A stretch of DNA of 28,752 nucleotides from a virus. Its lineage: Duplodnaviria > Caudoviricetes. The notes under the pieces were generated by a model. That model saw only the letters and a program-made list of their open reading frames with translations, was not told the origin of the DNA and searched no databases. The stretch lies in IMG/VR virus record IMGVR_UViG_3300002307_000179, positions 1-28,752 of that record; one strand, written 5' to 3'. The stretch's first letter is position 1. Each line of letters starts with the position of its first letter. This document shows, one piece after another, positions 1 through 8,700 of this stretch. A program made the position numbers and the translations under genes.

Positions 1-1
1 G

Positions 2-238
2 GCTAGGAGGGCGGCTGAGGCGGCGGCTTGGGCGGCTTGGGCGGCTTGGGCGGCTAGGGCGGCTGAGGCGGCGGCTTGGGCGGCTTGGGCGGCTTGGGCG
101 GTTGGGGCGACGGTTGGGACAACGGCAAGGGCGGCGGCGGCTGGGGCGGCGCTTTGCTCTCGCCTGTTCGACGTTTTGTTGGACGCGATCACCGCCGAGG
201 TCGTGCTGGCTGCTGACGTACAGGAGACTACACCGTGA
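2..238 (+). CDS. 3' part of Ala/Trp-repeat (AAW) phage early protein, begins upstream of window
   Basis: Manual translation from base 2: ARRAAEAAAWAAWAAWAARAAEAAAWAAWAAWAVG...LLDAITAEVVLAADVQETTP*; TGA 236-238 overlaps GTG 235 of next ORF (GTGA). Confidence 0.75.
   Translation, partial: ARRAAEAAAWAAWAAWAARAAEAAAWAAWAAWAVGATVGTTARAAAAGAALCSRLFDVLLDAITAEVVLAADVQETTP
8..101 (+). repeat. Tandem repeat: two exact 46-bp copies (8-53, 56-101; period 48) built from 9-bp GCGGCTTGG units
   Basis: Direct read of sequence; in-frame, encodes AAW repeats. Confidence 0.9.
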
Positions 239-480
239 GCCTGCGTGACGAGATTGCACACCGGCTTTGTGAACTGCGGGACGATCACTGGTGGTTAGGC
301 AGGCACCTGTATCAATCCGAGGCCGACGCCATCCTCGCCCTCGTTCTGGCTCACGCCACGTCGGATGAGTCGGTGCTGCGGGCGCGTTATGCTTGGGTGA
401 ACCGGCCGAAGTGGGGGGATCTTCATAACGCATTCCGCGCCGCCATCCTCGCAGCCCTAGGAGACACCCATGACGCCTGA
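235..480 (+). CDS. Hypothetical phage early protein (81 aa)
   Basis: RBS AGGAG upstream of GTG; overlaps both neighbours. Confidence 0.8.
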   Translation: MSLRDEIAHRLCELRDDHWWLGRHLYQSEADAILALVLAHATSDESVLRARYAWVNRPKWGDLHNAFRAAILAALGDTHDA

Positions 481-736
481 CACAAACGGGCCGCTTCATC
501 GCCGCCAAGCCCTGATCCGCTGGCTGGACGATAACACCAGCATGGATAGCCGCGAGTGCATCCATGTCGCAGGTGGCATTCTGAACCGACTGCATGAAAT
601 TTACTCCCTCACCACCGAACGCGCCAAACTCACTTCCCTTGAGTCCGCCACACTTGATCTGCTGAATGCCCTCATTGCCGAACGCGAGAAGGTCGCGAAG
701 CTGGAGGCTGAGGTCGAACGGCTGCGGGGTGAGTGA
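470..736 (+). CDS. Hypothetical early protein with C-terminal coiled coil (88 aa)
   Basis: RBS AGGAG at ~459; ends AEREKVAKLEAEVERLRGE. Confidence 0.8.
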   Translation: MTPDTNGPLHRRQALIRWLDDNTSMDSRECIHVAGGILNRLHEIYSLTTERAKLTSLESATLDLLNALIAEREKVAKLEAEVERLRGE

Positions 737-873
737 TGACACCTAGTCTAGTATTTCAATGGGCTTTCGCCGCTGTAATCTTGGCTATCACTTCATGTAT
801 TTGGATGCTCGTAATCACGCTTGGTGTTTGGCTTTGGCGTATTTTGGCAGCGAAAGGCAGTGACCGTGACTAA
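736..873 (+). CDS. Small membrane protein (45 aa), not in ORF track
   Basis: TGATG overlap with upstream stop; MTPSLVFQWAFAAVILAITSCIWMLVITLGVWLWRILAAKGSDRD*; fills the gap exactly. Confidence 0.7.
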   Translation: MTPSLVFQWAFAAVILAITSCIWMLVITLGVWLWRILAAKGSDRD

Positions 874-1174
874 CATTGATGCGCTTATTGCTGCGCTCCG
901 AGGCCGCCACGTTGAAGAGCTAACTTCGCTTGGCCGAGACCCTGACAAATACTGCTCTGTCCTTAGCAGCGCCGCCGACGCCCTCACCACCGAACGCGAG
1001 AAGGTCGCGAAGCTGGAGGCCGAAGCCGCCCGCTGGCGTGAGGTGGCGGGGGAGTTGTCGGGGGCGTTGGAGAAGATTGCGGGCACAAGCATCCCGGAGT
1101 GCGATTGCGAAAAATGTTTGAGAGTCCGCGCCGCCCTTACCGCCCACACTGCTGCACCGGAGATCGGCAAATGA
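866..1174 (+). CDS. Hypothetical coiled-coil protein with Cys cluster (CDCEKC)
   Basis: Probable GTG start at 866 (MTNIDALIAALR) after AAAGG; ORF track start 821 looks over-extended; shares EREKVAKLEAE with 470..736. Confidence 0.75.
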   Translation: MTNIDALIAALRGRHVEELTSLGRDPDKYCSVLSSAADALTTEREKVAKLEAEAARWREVAGELSGALEKIAGTSIPECDCEKCLRVRAALTAHTAAPEIGK

Positions 1175-1335
1175 TGGCGGATATGTTTCCATATGGTGGT
1201 ACATGCGATTGGTGCGCCGAAGCCGTATTTCCGGAAGACTTCAACGTCGAGGCCTTTGAATTGTCGGGCGAATTGTTGTGCGACGCTTGCTCAAACGCGC
1301 TGCTTCACGAAGAGCTGACGGAGCTTGGGGAATGA
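1171..1335 (+). CDS. Small acidic zinc-finger-like protein (54 aa)
   Basis: ATGA overlap and GGAG RBS; CDWC...CDAC double CxxC. Confidence 0.75.
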   Translation: MMADMFPYGGTCDWCAEAVFPEDFNVEAFELSGELLCDACSNALLHEELTELGE

Positions 1336-1526
1336 GTCGCCGCGCGTCATTGCCGCAGGTTCTGAGCGCAATCAACAGCGCGGGCTTGCGCGCCCTCAAA
1401 GTCACAGTAAGCGCGTCAGGTGACATTGAGATCTTGACCGACGCCACGTCAATCGCACCTGATCCAGCCCTTGCAGGGATGAGGATTAAGCGTGCATCGC
1501 GTATTCAAGAAGCTGGCGGACGGTAG
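1332..1526 (+). CDS. Probable excisionase / recombination directionality factor (64 aa)
   Basis: ATGA overlap; small basic protein (MSRRASLPQVLSAINSAGLRALKVTVSASGDIEIL) directly upstream of and overlapping the integrase; function by position. Confidence 0.55.
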   Translation: MSRRASLPQVLSAINSAGLRALKVTVSASGDIEILTDATSIAPDPALAGMRIKRASRIQEAGGR

Positions 1527-2469
1527 TTTCGCCGTCTATGTCTACGCGCACAAGGGTGGGCCACGCATTCAGGCCGCCTACGGAGCCACAAGGGAGGCCG
1601 CTGGAGCCGCACTGTCGGCCAGGGCTAGGCCAACGCCCCACACGGTCAAGGAAGCCGTAAGCGCCTATCTGGCGAGCCCTGAATACGGCGCGCTGAGCCC
1701 ATCGACTCGCAGGGCCTACGGGAAATATATCGGCATGTTCGCCGGGGAGTTTGGGGAGAACCCGCTAGGGGCGTTTCGCGCGTACCAGGTGCGCAATGAT
1801 CTGACCGACTGGCGAGACCAATTCATCGCCACGCCTCGAACCGCAGATTACATCATGCGATCAGTATCGGCCTTTTTCGGCTGGGCGAGATCAAGAGGCT
1901 TAACGGACGCTGAGCCCGTTCGAGGCATTCGGGGCGTTCACAAGGCCAACCGCTCGGACGTCATATGGACGCGCAAGGACTTTCACGTCATTCGCCCGCA
2001 CTGCTCTAAGGCCCTATATGTCACATTGCGTTTTGCGGCAGAAACGGGGCTTCGCCAGGGTGATTTGATCGCGTTGACCTGGAGCCAGATAGACGCCGAT
2101 ACCATTCAACTTCGGACGCGCAAAACCGGTGGCGTGGCCATTGTCCCGCTTACGCGAGTCGCCAAGGTCATCCTCAAAGGGATTGACACGAAGGAGGGTA
2201 TCGTATTGAGAGGCGCGTCTGGTCGCCCGTGGACAGCGGACGGCCTGTCTACGGTTTACCAGCGGGCCAAAACCACTGCGGGACTCAAGCTTCGTTGGCA
2301 CGATCTCAGGGGCACAGCCGCAACGCGGTTCCGGTCCATGGGATTCACCAATGAGGAGGTTGCAACCGCGATGGGCTGGTCAGTTGCCGCCGTAGAAAGT
2401 CTGATGGTGCGTTACGTCAAGAGCGGAGACACCATGCGAGCGGCGATCAAGCGGGTAAACCGGCGGTAA
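1492..2469 (+). CDS. int: Tyrosine recombinase / phage integrase (325 aa)
   Basis: Catalytic motifs TGLRQGDL (R), RKTG (K), WHDLRGT (HxxR), MGWS (W), RY (Tyr); adjacent att site. Confidence 0.95.
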   Translation: MHRVFKKLADGSFAVYVYAHKGGPRIQAAYGATREAAGAALSARARPTPHTVKEAVSAYLASPEYGALSPSTRRAYGKYIGMFAGEFGENPLGAFRAYQVRNDLTDWRDQFIATPRTADYIMRSVSAFFGWARSRGLTDAEPVRGIRGVHKANRSDVIWTRKDFHVIRPHCSKALYVTLRFAAETGLRQGDLIALTWSQIDADTIQLRTRKTGGVAIVPLTRVAKVILKGIDTKEGIVLRGASGRPWTADGLSTVYQRAKTTAGLKLRWHDLRGTAATRFRSMGFTNEEVATAMGWSVAAVESLMVRYVKSGDTMRAAIKRVNRR

Positions 2470-2482
2470 ACCGGCAAACTGG
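2454..2482 (+). repeat. Integrase arm-type repeats, left arm: GGTAAACCGGC x2 plus partial AAACTGG
   Basis: Tandem 11-bp repeats 2454-2464 and 2465-2475 spanning the int stop codon. Confidence 0.7.
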
Positions 2483-2516
2483 AGGCGGTGAGAAAAATCT
2501 AACGATTTCAAGAAAT

Positions 2517-2557
2517 GGGTGCATAGCTCAGTTGGTAGAGCAGCTGACTCTTAATCA
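2517..2557 (+). other. attP core: 5' half of tRNA-Lys(CUU) gene (not a functional tRNA)
   Basis: GGGTGCA-TA-GCTCAGTTGGTAGAGC-A-GCTGA-CTCTTAA-TCA = acceptor 5' strand, D arm, anticodon arm (CTT 2550-2552); similarity stops just after the loop, no T arm. Confidence 0.88.
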
Positions 2558-2592
2558 ACGACATTTATATTGATTTTATTGGGTTTTATCTC

Positions 2593-2646
2593 AAACCGGT
2601 AAACTAAAACCCGGCTTTGGTTGGGCCGCGCGTCAGCGGGTAAACT
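2593..2646 (+). repeat. Integrase arm-type repeats, right arm (AAACCGGTAAACT, AAAACCCGGC, GGGTAAACT)
   Basis: Same GGTAAAC/AAACCGG motif as the left arm, beyond an AT-rich tract at 2561-2592. Confidence 0.65.
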
Positions 2647-3799
2647 ATGCCGCTGCTGTATAGCCAAGTTCGAACTTGGCGCGTCTCCACGTCAAATATT
2701 CTGCCATGTCCTCAAGGTCAAACCACGGTTTTATATGTCGCACCGGATTGTCAGCATATTGCGGATCAATGGTAGCGCCTAAAGCTCGCGACCAGTTGCC
2801 ATTCTGAAAGCCCTTTTCCTTGGCGTAATGGTCGAAGTCCTTGTAGGCGCCGCAGCGAAAACCGTGGCAGAGGCGGCGCGGGTCGTTGTGCCAGACAGGG
2901 ATATATCCGGTCGTATGCCGGTGACCGGCGACCATGATGTGGTCGCGGTAGCCGAACAGGGTTTCTCGGACAAGAGCGTGCGCCGGGTTAAATTGCGATC
3001 CGCCCGGGAAATCATGCCGCACGTGCATGAACACCGGGGAACCTACGGACATATTGAGTTGCAGGCGCTGCCCGTATTCGGCCAGTTCGCCAAGCTGGCC
3101 GAGCAGGCGATGAATGTAGTCGGCCACGTCCCCCTTCTCAGTGTTCCAAGTATCGTGATTACCCTTGATCTGAAGCAGCCATGGCAACGCGCCCATAAGC
3201 CATTCGATCAACTGGCGAGCCTGACGCGAGGTGACCTCCTGATCAGCGTAGAGCCGCTGAAGTCTACCGACCCAATTGTTAGTCTGGTCGCCCACATCGA
3301 CGGCGAGAACTCCCGGCGTGTCGCGGCAGATGCGCACGTCGCGTTCAAGATCGCCCCACGCGCAACCAGGATCGTCAACATGCGGGTCGCCAAAGAACGC
3401 GAGGCCGATGGGGCCGTCTACGTTGATGTGAACCTGCCGGAGCTTAGCCGCTGTGTGGTGGATCTTTCGTTGAGCGTGTCGCGCGGTAAGCTGTGAGATC
3501 AGCTCTTCTGCGGACGGCTCGCCATCATGCGGCAACTCATCGATTGTAAACGGCGGAGGCTTAGGTTTTGGCGCTCGCGGCACATATCGATTTTCGTCGA
3601 TGAGCATACCGAACATCCGCCGCCCTGATTCAACGCGGGCTCTGATTTGTGAAACGGAGATATCCAGCCGCCGTGCTGCTTGACCGGTTGCTGTTTCCGC
3701 GCTGCCGGGGAGGCGAAGAAGCGGATATCCCTCTTCAAGACATTCATGGATGACCGAGAAAACCTGCTCATAATATTCGCGCGGGTAAGCTGCGACCAT
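2645..3799 (-). CDS. Calcineurin-like metallophosphoesterase with N-terminal HTH-like region (384 aa)
   Basis: Motifs in order FGDPH, DVGD, GNHD, RH, GHRH; N-terminal ATGQAARRLDISVSQIRARV; RBS GGAG. Confidence 0.88.
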   Translation of the reverse strand: MVAAYPREYYEQVFSVIHECLEEGYPLLRLPGSAETATGQAARRLDISVSQIRARVESGRRMFGMLIDENRYVPRAPKPKPPPFTIDELPHDGEPSAEELISQLTARHAQRKIHHTAAKLRQVHINVDGPIGLAFFGDPHVDDPGCAWGDLERDVRICRDTPGVLAVDVGDQTNNWVGRLQRLYADQEVTSRQARQLIEWLMGALPWLLQIKGNHDTWNTEKGDVADYIHRLLGQLGELAEYGQRLQLNMSVGSPVFMHVRHDFPGGSQFNPAHALVRETLFGYRDHIMVAGHRHTTGYIPVWHNDPRRLCHGFRCGAYKDFDHYAKEKGFQNGNWSRALGATIDPQYADNPVRHIKPWFDLEDMAEYLTWRRAKFELGYTAAA

Positions 3800-3814
3800 T
3801 AGCGACGCTCCATG

Positions 3815-3844
3815 AAAAAAGCCGCCCCGGTTTCCCGAGGCGGC
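3815..3844 (-). terminator. Rho-independent terminator after lysis cassette
   Basis: - strand GCCGCCTCGG-GAAA-CCGGGGCGGC followed by T6. Confidence 0.88.
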
Positions 3845-3870
3845 TGAAAATCTTAACGGTGGCGGGCGAG

Positions 3871-4155
3871 TTATTGGACCGGCGCGATCGGCGCGGACGC
3901 GCTGGCCGGTGGCGCCGTTCCGGCGAGCTTAGCAAACTCGGTCTTGATCCCATCGGCGATGTTGACCGCTATCAGCGTCGAGCCCGTGGTTTTGAAGATG
4001 AACGCCTCAATCCCCGCAACGGTCCAATCGACGACAGTTTGAGCGAATGGCAGATGAGCGAAGAACTGAAACCCCCTGTAAAGATCTGCCGCGCCGCGGG
4101 TGATCAGATCGTCGGTTGTGATTTGGCCCTTGGCCCATTGGCTGGTTAGAGACAT
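3871..4155 (-). CDS. Hypothetical protein at end of lysis cassette (94 aa)
   Basis: ATG 4155 after AGAGGG RBS (MSLTSQWAKG...); 210-aa track ORF is over-extended across the o-spanin. Confidence 0.75.
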   Translation of the reverse strand: MSLTSQWAKGQITTDDLITRGAADLYRGFQFFAHLPFAQTVVDWTVAGIEAFIFKTTGSTLIAVNIADGIKTEFAKLAGTAPPASASAPIAPVQ

Positions 4156-4163
4156 CGAACCCT

Positions 4164-4487
4164 CTATTTCTTTTGATGAGCAAGGCAAAATTGCCGGGTG
4201 TCTTCGGCCCGTTGGGCCAAAAGGTTGAAAGTGACCGATAGGCTGCGCAGCCAGGTCAGGTATTCTGAAACTTGCCCTTTCGCCGTTTCTGTCGTCGGAG
4301 CCGGAAAACCCGCATTTTGAGGAAGCGGAGGTTTTTTCGGGACATCCGCCGTCATGCTTGCCGTGCAAATCAATATTGGCGCAGGGGCGAGCGGGGGAGA
4401 TGTATTGCCACGCGAAAATGAAAACGCAGCAAGTTGCGGCGAGCACCCCGACAAAAAGAGCAAAAGGCACAAGGTCAGCGGCTTCAT
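4164..4487 (-). CDS. Outer-membrane lipoprotein spanin (o-spanin, Rz1-like)
   Basis: Signal peptide with lipobox LSGC, Pro-rich body, extra Cys; ATGA overlap with i-spanin. Confidence 0.85.
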   Translation of the reverse strand: MKPLTLCLLLFLSGCSPQLAAFSFSRGNTSPPLAPAPILICTASMTADVPKKPPLPQNAGFPAPTTETAKGQVSEYLTWLRSLSVTFNLLAQRAEDTRQFCLAHQKK

Positions 4488-4813
4488 TGTATGACATCCG
4501 CAAGATCCTTTGCCGTAATCATCGGCTGATCCTTGCCTGCCTGTTTGACCGGCTGACTGATTCGATCAATCGCGCGTCCCGCTCGAACCCCTCCTGATGC
4601 GGCGGATAAACAAGCAGCCTGCGCACGTCCTGCCGCATCTTCGTCAGCCGCCAGCGCGCTCCCTTGCGCTTTGACGGCGGAAAGAGACGCTTCAGCCTGG
4701 GCCGCGTGAGACCATAATTCCGGGAGGAAAATTCGAGCGGCAAAAATTCCGACCCCAAGCATAAGACAAAACGTGATGATCTGCCGAATACCGGTGAACA
4801 GATGGTCAAGCAT
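4484..4813 (-). CDS. Inner-membrane spanin (i-spanin, Rz-like, 109 aa)
   Basis: Start MLDHLF at 4813; N-terminal TM helix then Ala-rich helical region; between endolysin and lipoprotein. Confidence 0.8.
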   Translation of the reverse strand: MLDHLFTGIRQIITFCLMLGVGIFAARIFLPELWSHAAQAEASLSAVKAQGSALAADEDAAGRAQAACLSAASGGVRAGRAIDRISQPVKQAGKDQPMITAKDLADVIQ

Positions 4814-5300
4814 CGCCGAGCGCGTCCTTGGTCGCCTGCCGGCCGAAAGCAGACGGCTGGGCCGCGCGCCAGCCCGTCTGTATTTGTAAGGCAAGTCGCT
4901 TGGCGCGCTTGGGCGTCTGGTCGGCCCATTTGCTCGCCAGCATGTGCGAGGCCGCGTCGTCCCATTGCTGCGCCTGGCAGGCGGCGAGCGTGCCGTGGAA
5001 TCCAAGGACGCCTTGGACGCCCATTTGATAGGACATGTTGACAAGCACATCCTGCCGCTCGTCGGCCATCTGCCGCCACCACGGAATCGCCTGATCAAGC
5101 GCGACTTCAATGGCCTGTCGGCGCTTCATTTGCTCGGCCACCGCTTGCGCCAAGGTCCATCGCGTGCCGGGTTTGATGTCTGGTCCTGTGCATCCGAAAC
5201 CCACGGTCCACGGGTCGCCGCCTGTCAACGGATCGGGATAGGCAACGTTCCGGAATCCTTCATCATGGCGAATATCCTGATCGACGTATTTGGTGGTCAT
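4806..5300 (-). CDS. Endolysin, T4-lysozyme-like muramidase (GH24, 164 aa)
   Basis: Start MTTKY at 5300; DEGFRNVAYPD...WTVGFG, NMSYQMG, SKWADQTPKRA motifs. Confidence 0.92.
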   Translation of the reverse strand: MTTKYVDQDIRHDEGFRNVAYPDPLTGGDPWTVGFGCTGPDIKPGTRWTLAQAVAEQMKRRQAIEVALDQAIPWWRQMADERQDVLVNMSYQMGVQGVLGFHGTLAACQAQQWDDAASHMLASKWADQTPKRAKRLALQIQTGWRAAQPSAFGRQATKDALGDA

Positions 5301-5503
5301 ATGGCACCCGCCCGCCAGGCCATGAGCCCAGCCGCAAAAAGTTGTTGAACCATCCAAGGCGGCATCATCCCGCTGGCCGCGCCCACGAACGAGGTCATCA
5401 GGATGATGTATGGCCCAAGGATATTGGATTGAGCGGCCAGCGCCGGCAGCGCAGCCCATGCTTGTTTCCGCTGATCGGATTCAGTGGGCGGCGTGTCCGT
5501 CAT
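5297..5503 (-). CDS. Putative holin (68 aa)
   Basis: Small hydrophobic protein directly upstream of endolysin, ATGA overlaps at both ends. Confidence 0.6.
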   Translation of the reverse strand: MTDTPPTESDQRKQAWAALPALAAQSNILGPYIILMTSFVGAASGMMPPWMVQQLFAAGLMAWRAGAI

Positions 5504-5763
5504 TTTGCGCTAACCTGACCGTCAAGGCGATGCTCGACGCGCTGGATTGCTTCGTCGATCGATTTGGTCCGCTCGTCGATCCTAGCGATGTCCTCGGCTT
5601 GATGCGACGCCGCTATTGCTTTCGCCTCAAGAACTGAAACGCGGGACGTGATCTGACTTCCCCACCACACAAGGCCGGCAGCTTGAGCCACCAAAGCCGC
5701 AATCAGGCCCAAAATTTCAGCGCGCAAAAATGTCGCCCATGGCGACTGCGGTGAACTTTCCAT
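5500..5763 (-). CDS. TM + coiled-coil lysis-cassette membrane protein (holin/antiholin-like)
   Basis: Likely ATG 5763 after GGA; TM segment ILGLIAALVAQAAGLVWWG then coiled coil. Confidence 0.65.
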   Translation of the reverse strand: MESSPQSPWATFLRAEILGLIAALVAQAAGLVWWGSQITSRVSVLEAKAIAASHQAEDIARIDERTKSIDEAIQRVEHRLDGQVSAK

Positions 5764-5783
5764 TTTAAATTCCACTATTAGAA

Positions 5784-8700
5784 TTAATTGACGGTGCTTT
5801 TAATGATCGAATACTGAATAACAATCGCCTCCGACAGGTTGACGTTTAAAACATTTCGAACAGTTATCAGAGTTGATCCCACAGCTGGCGTGGATGTGAA
5901 AACATACGCCCCAGGACTTCCACCAGAAATGTGATTTAAAATCACAACATCACTTGCGCCGATACAGGAATTAGTCAGCGTAAATTGAGCGGCCGAATAT
6001 GCGTTAAGCGTGGCGGCGTTCATTGTGATCTGCCCGTTTGGTTTGTTCAGCGTCACCCCGGTCGATTTGGATGTGGCCTGAGTGACGGTTCCCCCTAGGC
6101 TTTGACCCGTCTGATAACCGAATCCGTTTGTGTCACACCGTAAAACCGGCGTTCCTGATACAGCCAAACCAATAAAGCCCGCCGCCCCGTCAAGATAAGG
6201 CACGCCTGCGATAGTTTGAAAATCAAGATAAGCCGTGTCAGACCCAGCGGATGCCAAAGCAAAAGCTATCTTACTTGGGCCGCCGTCATAAATTCGACTA
6301 TTGCTTGTAATGCTTGTTACAAAATAACCATAGACACCATTATTTGAAATTATTTCATTAAAATGACCATTGCTAGTCTGTCGTGCGGTCCACTTTGATC
6401 CAGTTCCAGCGGTCGGAAGCGGTGTTCCGTTTCCGTCGTCATAGTAGGCTTCGTTCCAAATTCCGGCAGTCACAGTGCCGTGCGAATTTGTATCTCCGAC
6501 GCCCTGGTTATAGATCGGGCCGCCGCCTGCCACATAGACCAAGCGGTTTGACGATCCGCCTTGCGTCTGTGAGGCAGTCGTTCCATTGAACAACGCAGTG
6601 TAACCCGTGCCACCCGAGACGCGAACGCCAACAATTGAAATGTCATTGTTATCGCAATTCTGGCCATTCAGAATGTTACCGTTCTTGTGTTCGGCGTAGA
6701 CGTCGATTCCGTAAAGCGGGTTTCGGTTCAGGCTACAGTTTGCGTTTGAACTTCCACTTAGGGTCAAAATGTGAGCCGCTTGGTCCGCGGCGGTGTCAAT
6801 AGCGCGAGCGCGGAAGCTCATGCGCGATACCTGCACGTCGCAGGCTTCTCCAAGATCCGTTCCAGAAACCCCAGATGTGACCGTGAAAAACGTCGATGCG
6901 TTGAAATTGGTTGCATACACATCGACATCAATCCCCGACACACTGTCGATAATCATGGCGGCGGTTGCGATCGCGCCTCCTTGCAGGATGATATATTTGA
7001 AACCTGCGCCCGTATATTTCCACGTCGCAGACGCAGAAACGCCTTGTTCAGAGGCATAAGGCGTTCTGATTTTGACCATCGTCGTCGCAGTGGTTGCGAT
7101 CAGTCGCGTCCCGAAAATGGGATCAGTCGAAGTGGACGTGCCAGAGTCATGGAAACTTTCAAATCCCGCCCCCCAAAGCTGAACACGCGGAAATTTGATG
7201 TCGATTGTTGCTGCAATGTAAATGTCGCCAGGAGGCAGGACCAAGATGCCGCCACCACGCGAACCGATCGCCGCAATCAGGCCATTGATGATCGAAGAGT
7301 TCGTCGATGCCGCGGCGCTTGAACCAAGCACAAGTCCATAATCCTGCGCTTCAACAAATCGCCGGTTGCTATAGCGGTTTTGCAAGGTATCAGAAACGCC
7401 GGCCACGCCGTTCAGGGTCGTCGGAATGATGGTTGATCCGGCGCCACCGATCGACCGCCATGCGCCGCCCTGATAAATTAATTCAAGGCGCGGATTTGTT
7501 GCTGTCAGCGTGATGTTATTTCCGCCGAGGTCAATGTTCGTGCCGTTGTGGGTGATGACGATGTCAGTTGACCCGCGCTGGATCACAATCCATTGGCCTT
7601 CATAGCCATTCAGGAAATTCGTGATTGCAGTGGTTCCTGCGGTGATGAACCAATTGCCATTCTTGACCGAAGGCGTGGCGACTCCAGAAGTAAAAGTCCC
7701 GCCGGCAGTGATGTCGGAAACCTCTCGGATCCAGCGCCCATTACCAGAGGCAGCTGAGCCAACAGACGGGCGAACCACGTTGACCAAATCTTCGGTAGCC
7801 GTAGAAGTCGAAAGCCAATACCAATAGACAGGCGGCGCGCTTCCGGTCAGCGTGTGGCCGCTATCGCTGCTGGCCGTGTTGATTCCGCGCGTGACAGCCA
7901 TATCATAGTCGGCAAAGCCCGACCCGGCAGACGTCGGGTCGATCTGCTTCAGGTCGTAGATGTCTTTGACGTTCGTGACGATATAGCCACCCTTGGTCAG
8001 CGGGATTTCACGATAGTCCGCGGCGCTGGTGGCGTTGGCCGCATCGACGCGCGCAAAGGCCAGACGCGAGACGCCCGACAGGAACGCGACCGATCGCGCT
8101 TTCAGGCCGGTTGAGTCGGTGACGCTCGCCTGCACAAAGGGAACCGTCGTTTCGATCCGGTCCTGCGCATTGCCAGGCGAAAACAGGTTCAGGAAATTCT
8201 TGACGCCGCCCGACTGATTGAGGCGCGAGGCCCATCGCCATGCACCTGCGCTGGCGTCCACGATGCGCGCGAAATAGTCGTTCGCGTTGCTGCTAGACGG
8301 ATTGGCATATTCCTTGGATGTGAACCCGCCGCCAGAGGTCGCAGCATCGAACGTAGCAGACCCTTGGAAATTGCCCTGAATGACCAGCTTTTGGCGCTGG
8401 TAAAGGCCGGTTGATGAATTGTCATTTCTAAACGTGTCCACGCCATCGGGCGCCGTGGACGTTCCGGCATTGAAGCGGAAGAGGCCCGGCTGAATGCCGG
8501 ATGAATCCCCAAAGCCGGTGACAAAGACCGTTTCGCCATCGGCATAAGTGCCGAGGGCCTTCATCTGCGTATTCGTATCGACAAAAATCGACTTACGGAT
8601 TGAGGTCGGGCTTGCGATCGATCCGTCTGGGTTCTGCGCGAGGAAAAGTTGCGCGGGCACATCGTTATAGATTGTAAGAGTTTGCGTGTTGTCGAAAGAC

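Noticed and set aside
8-150. Possible CRISPR array
   Set aside because: Contiguous in-frame repeats without unique spacers; no cas genes in window.
2517-2592. Functional tRNA-Lys gene
   Set aside because: No T arm or acceptor 3' strand; sequence becomes AT-rich after the anticodon loop.
3871-5459. Long track ORFs 3871..4503, 4484..5110, 4806..5459 as nested genes
   Set aside because: N-terminal extensions run over upstream genes; starts at 4155, 4813 and 5300 fit RBS and overlap patterns better.
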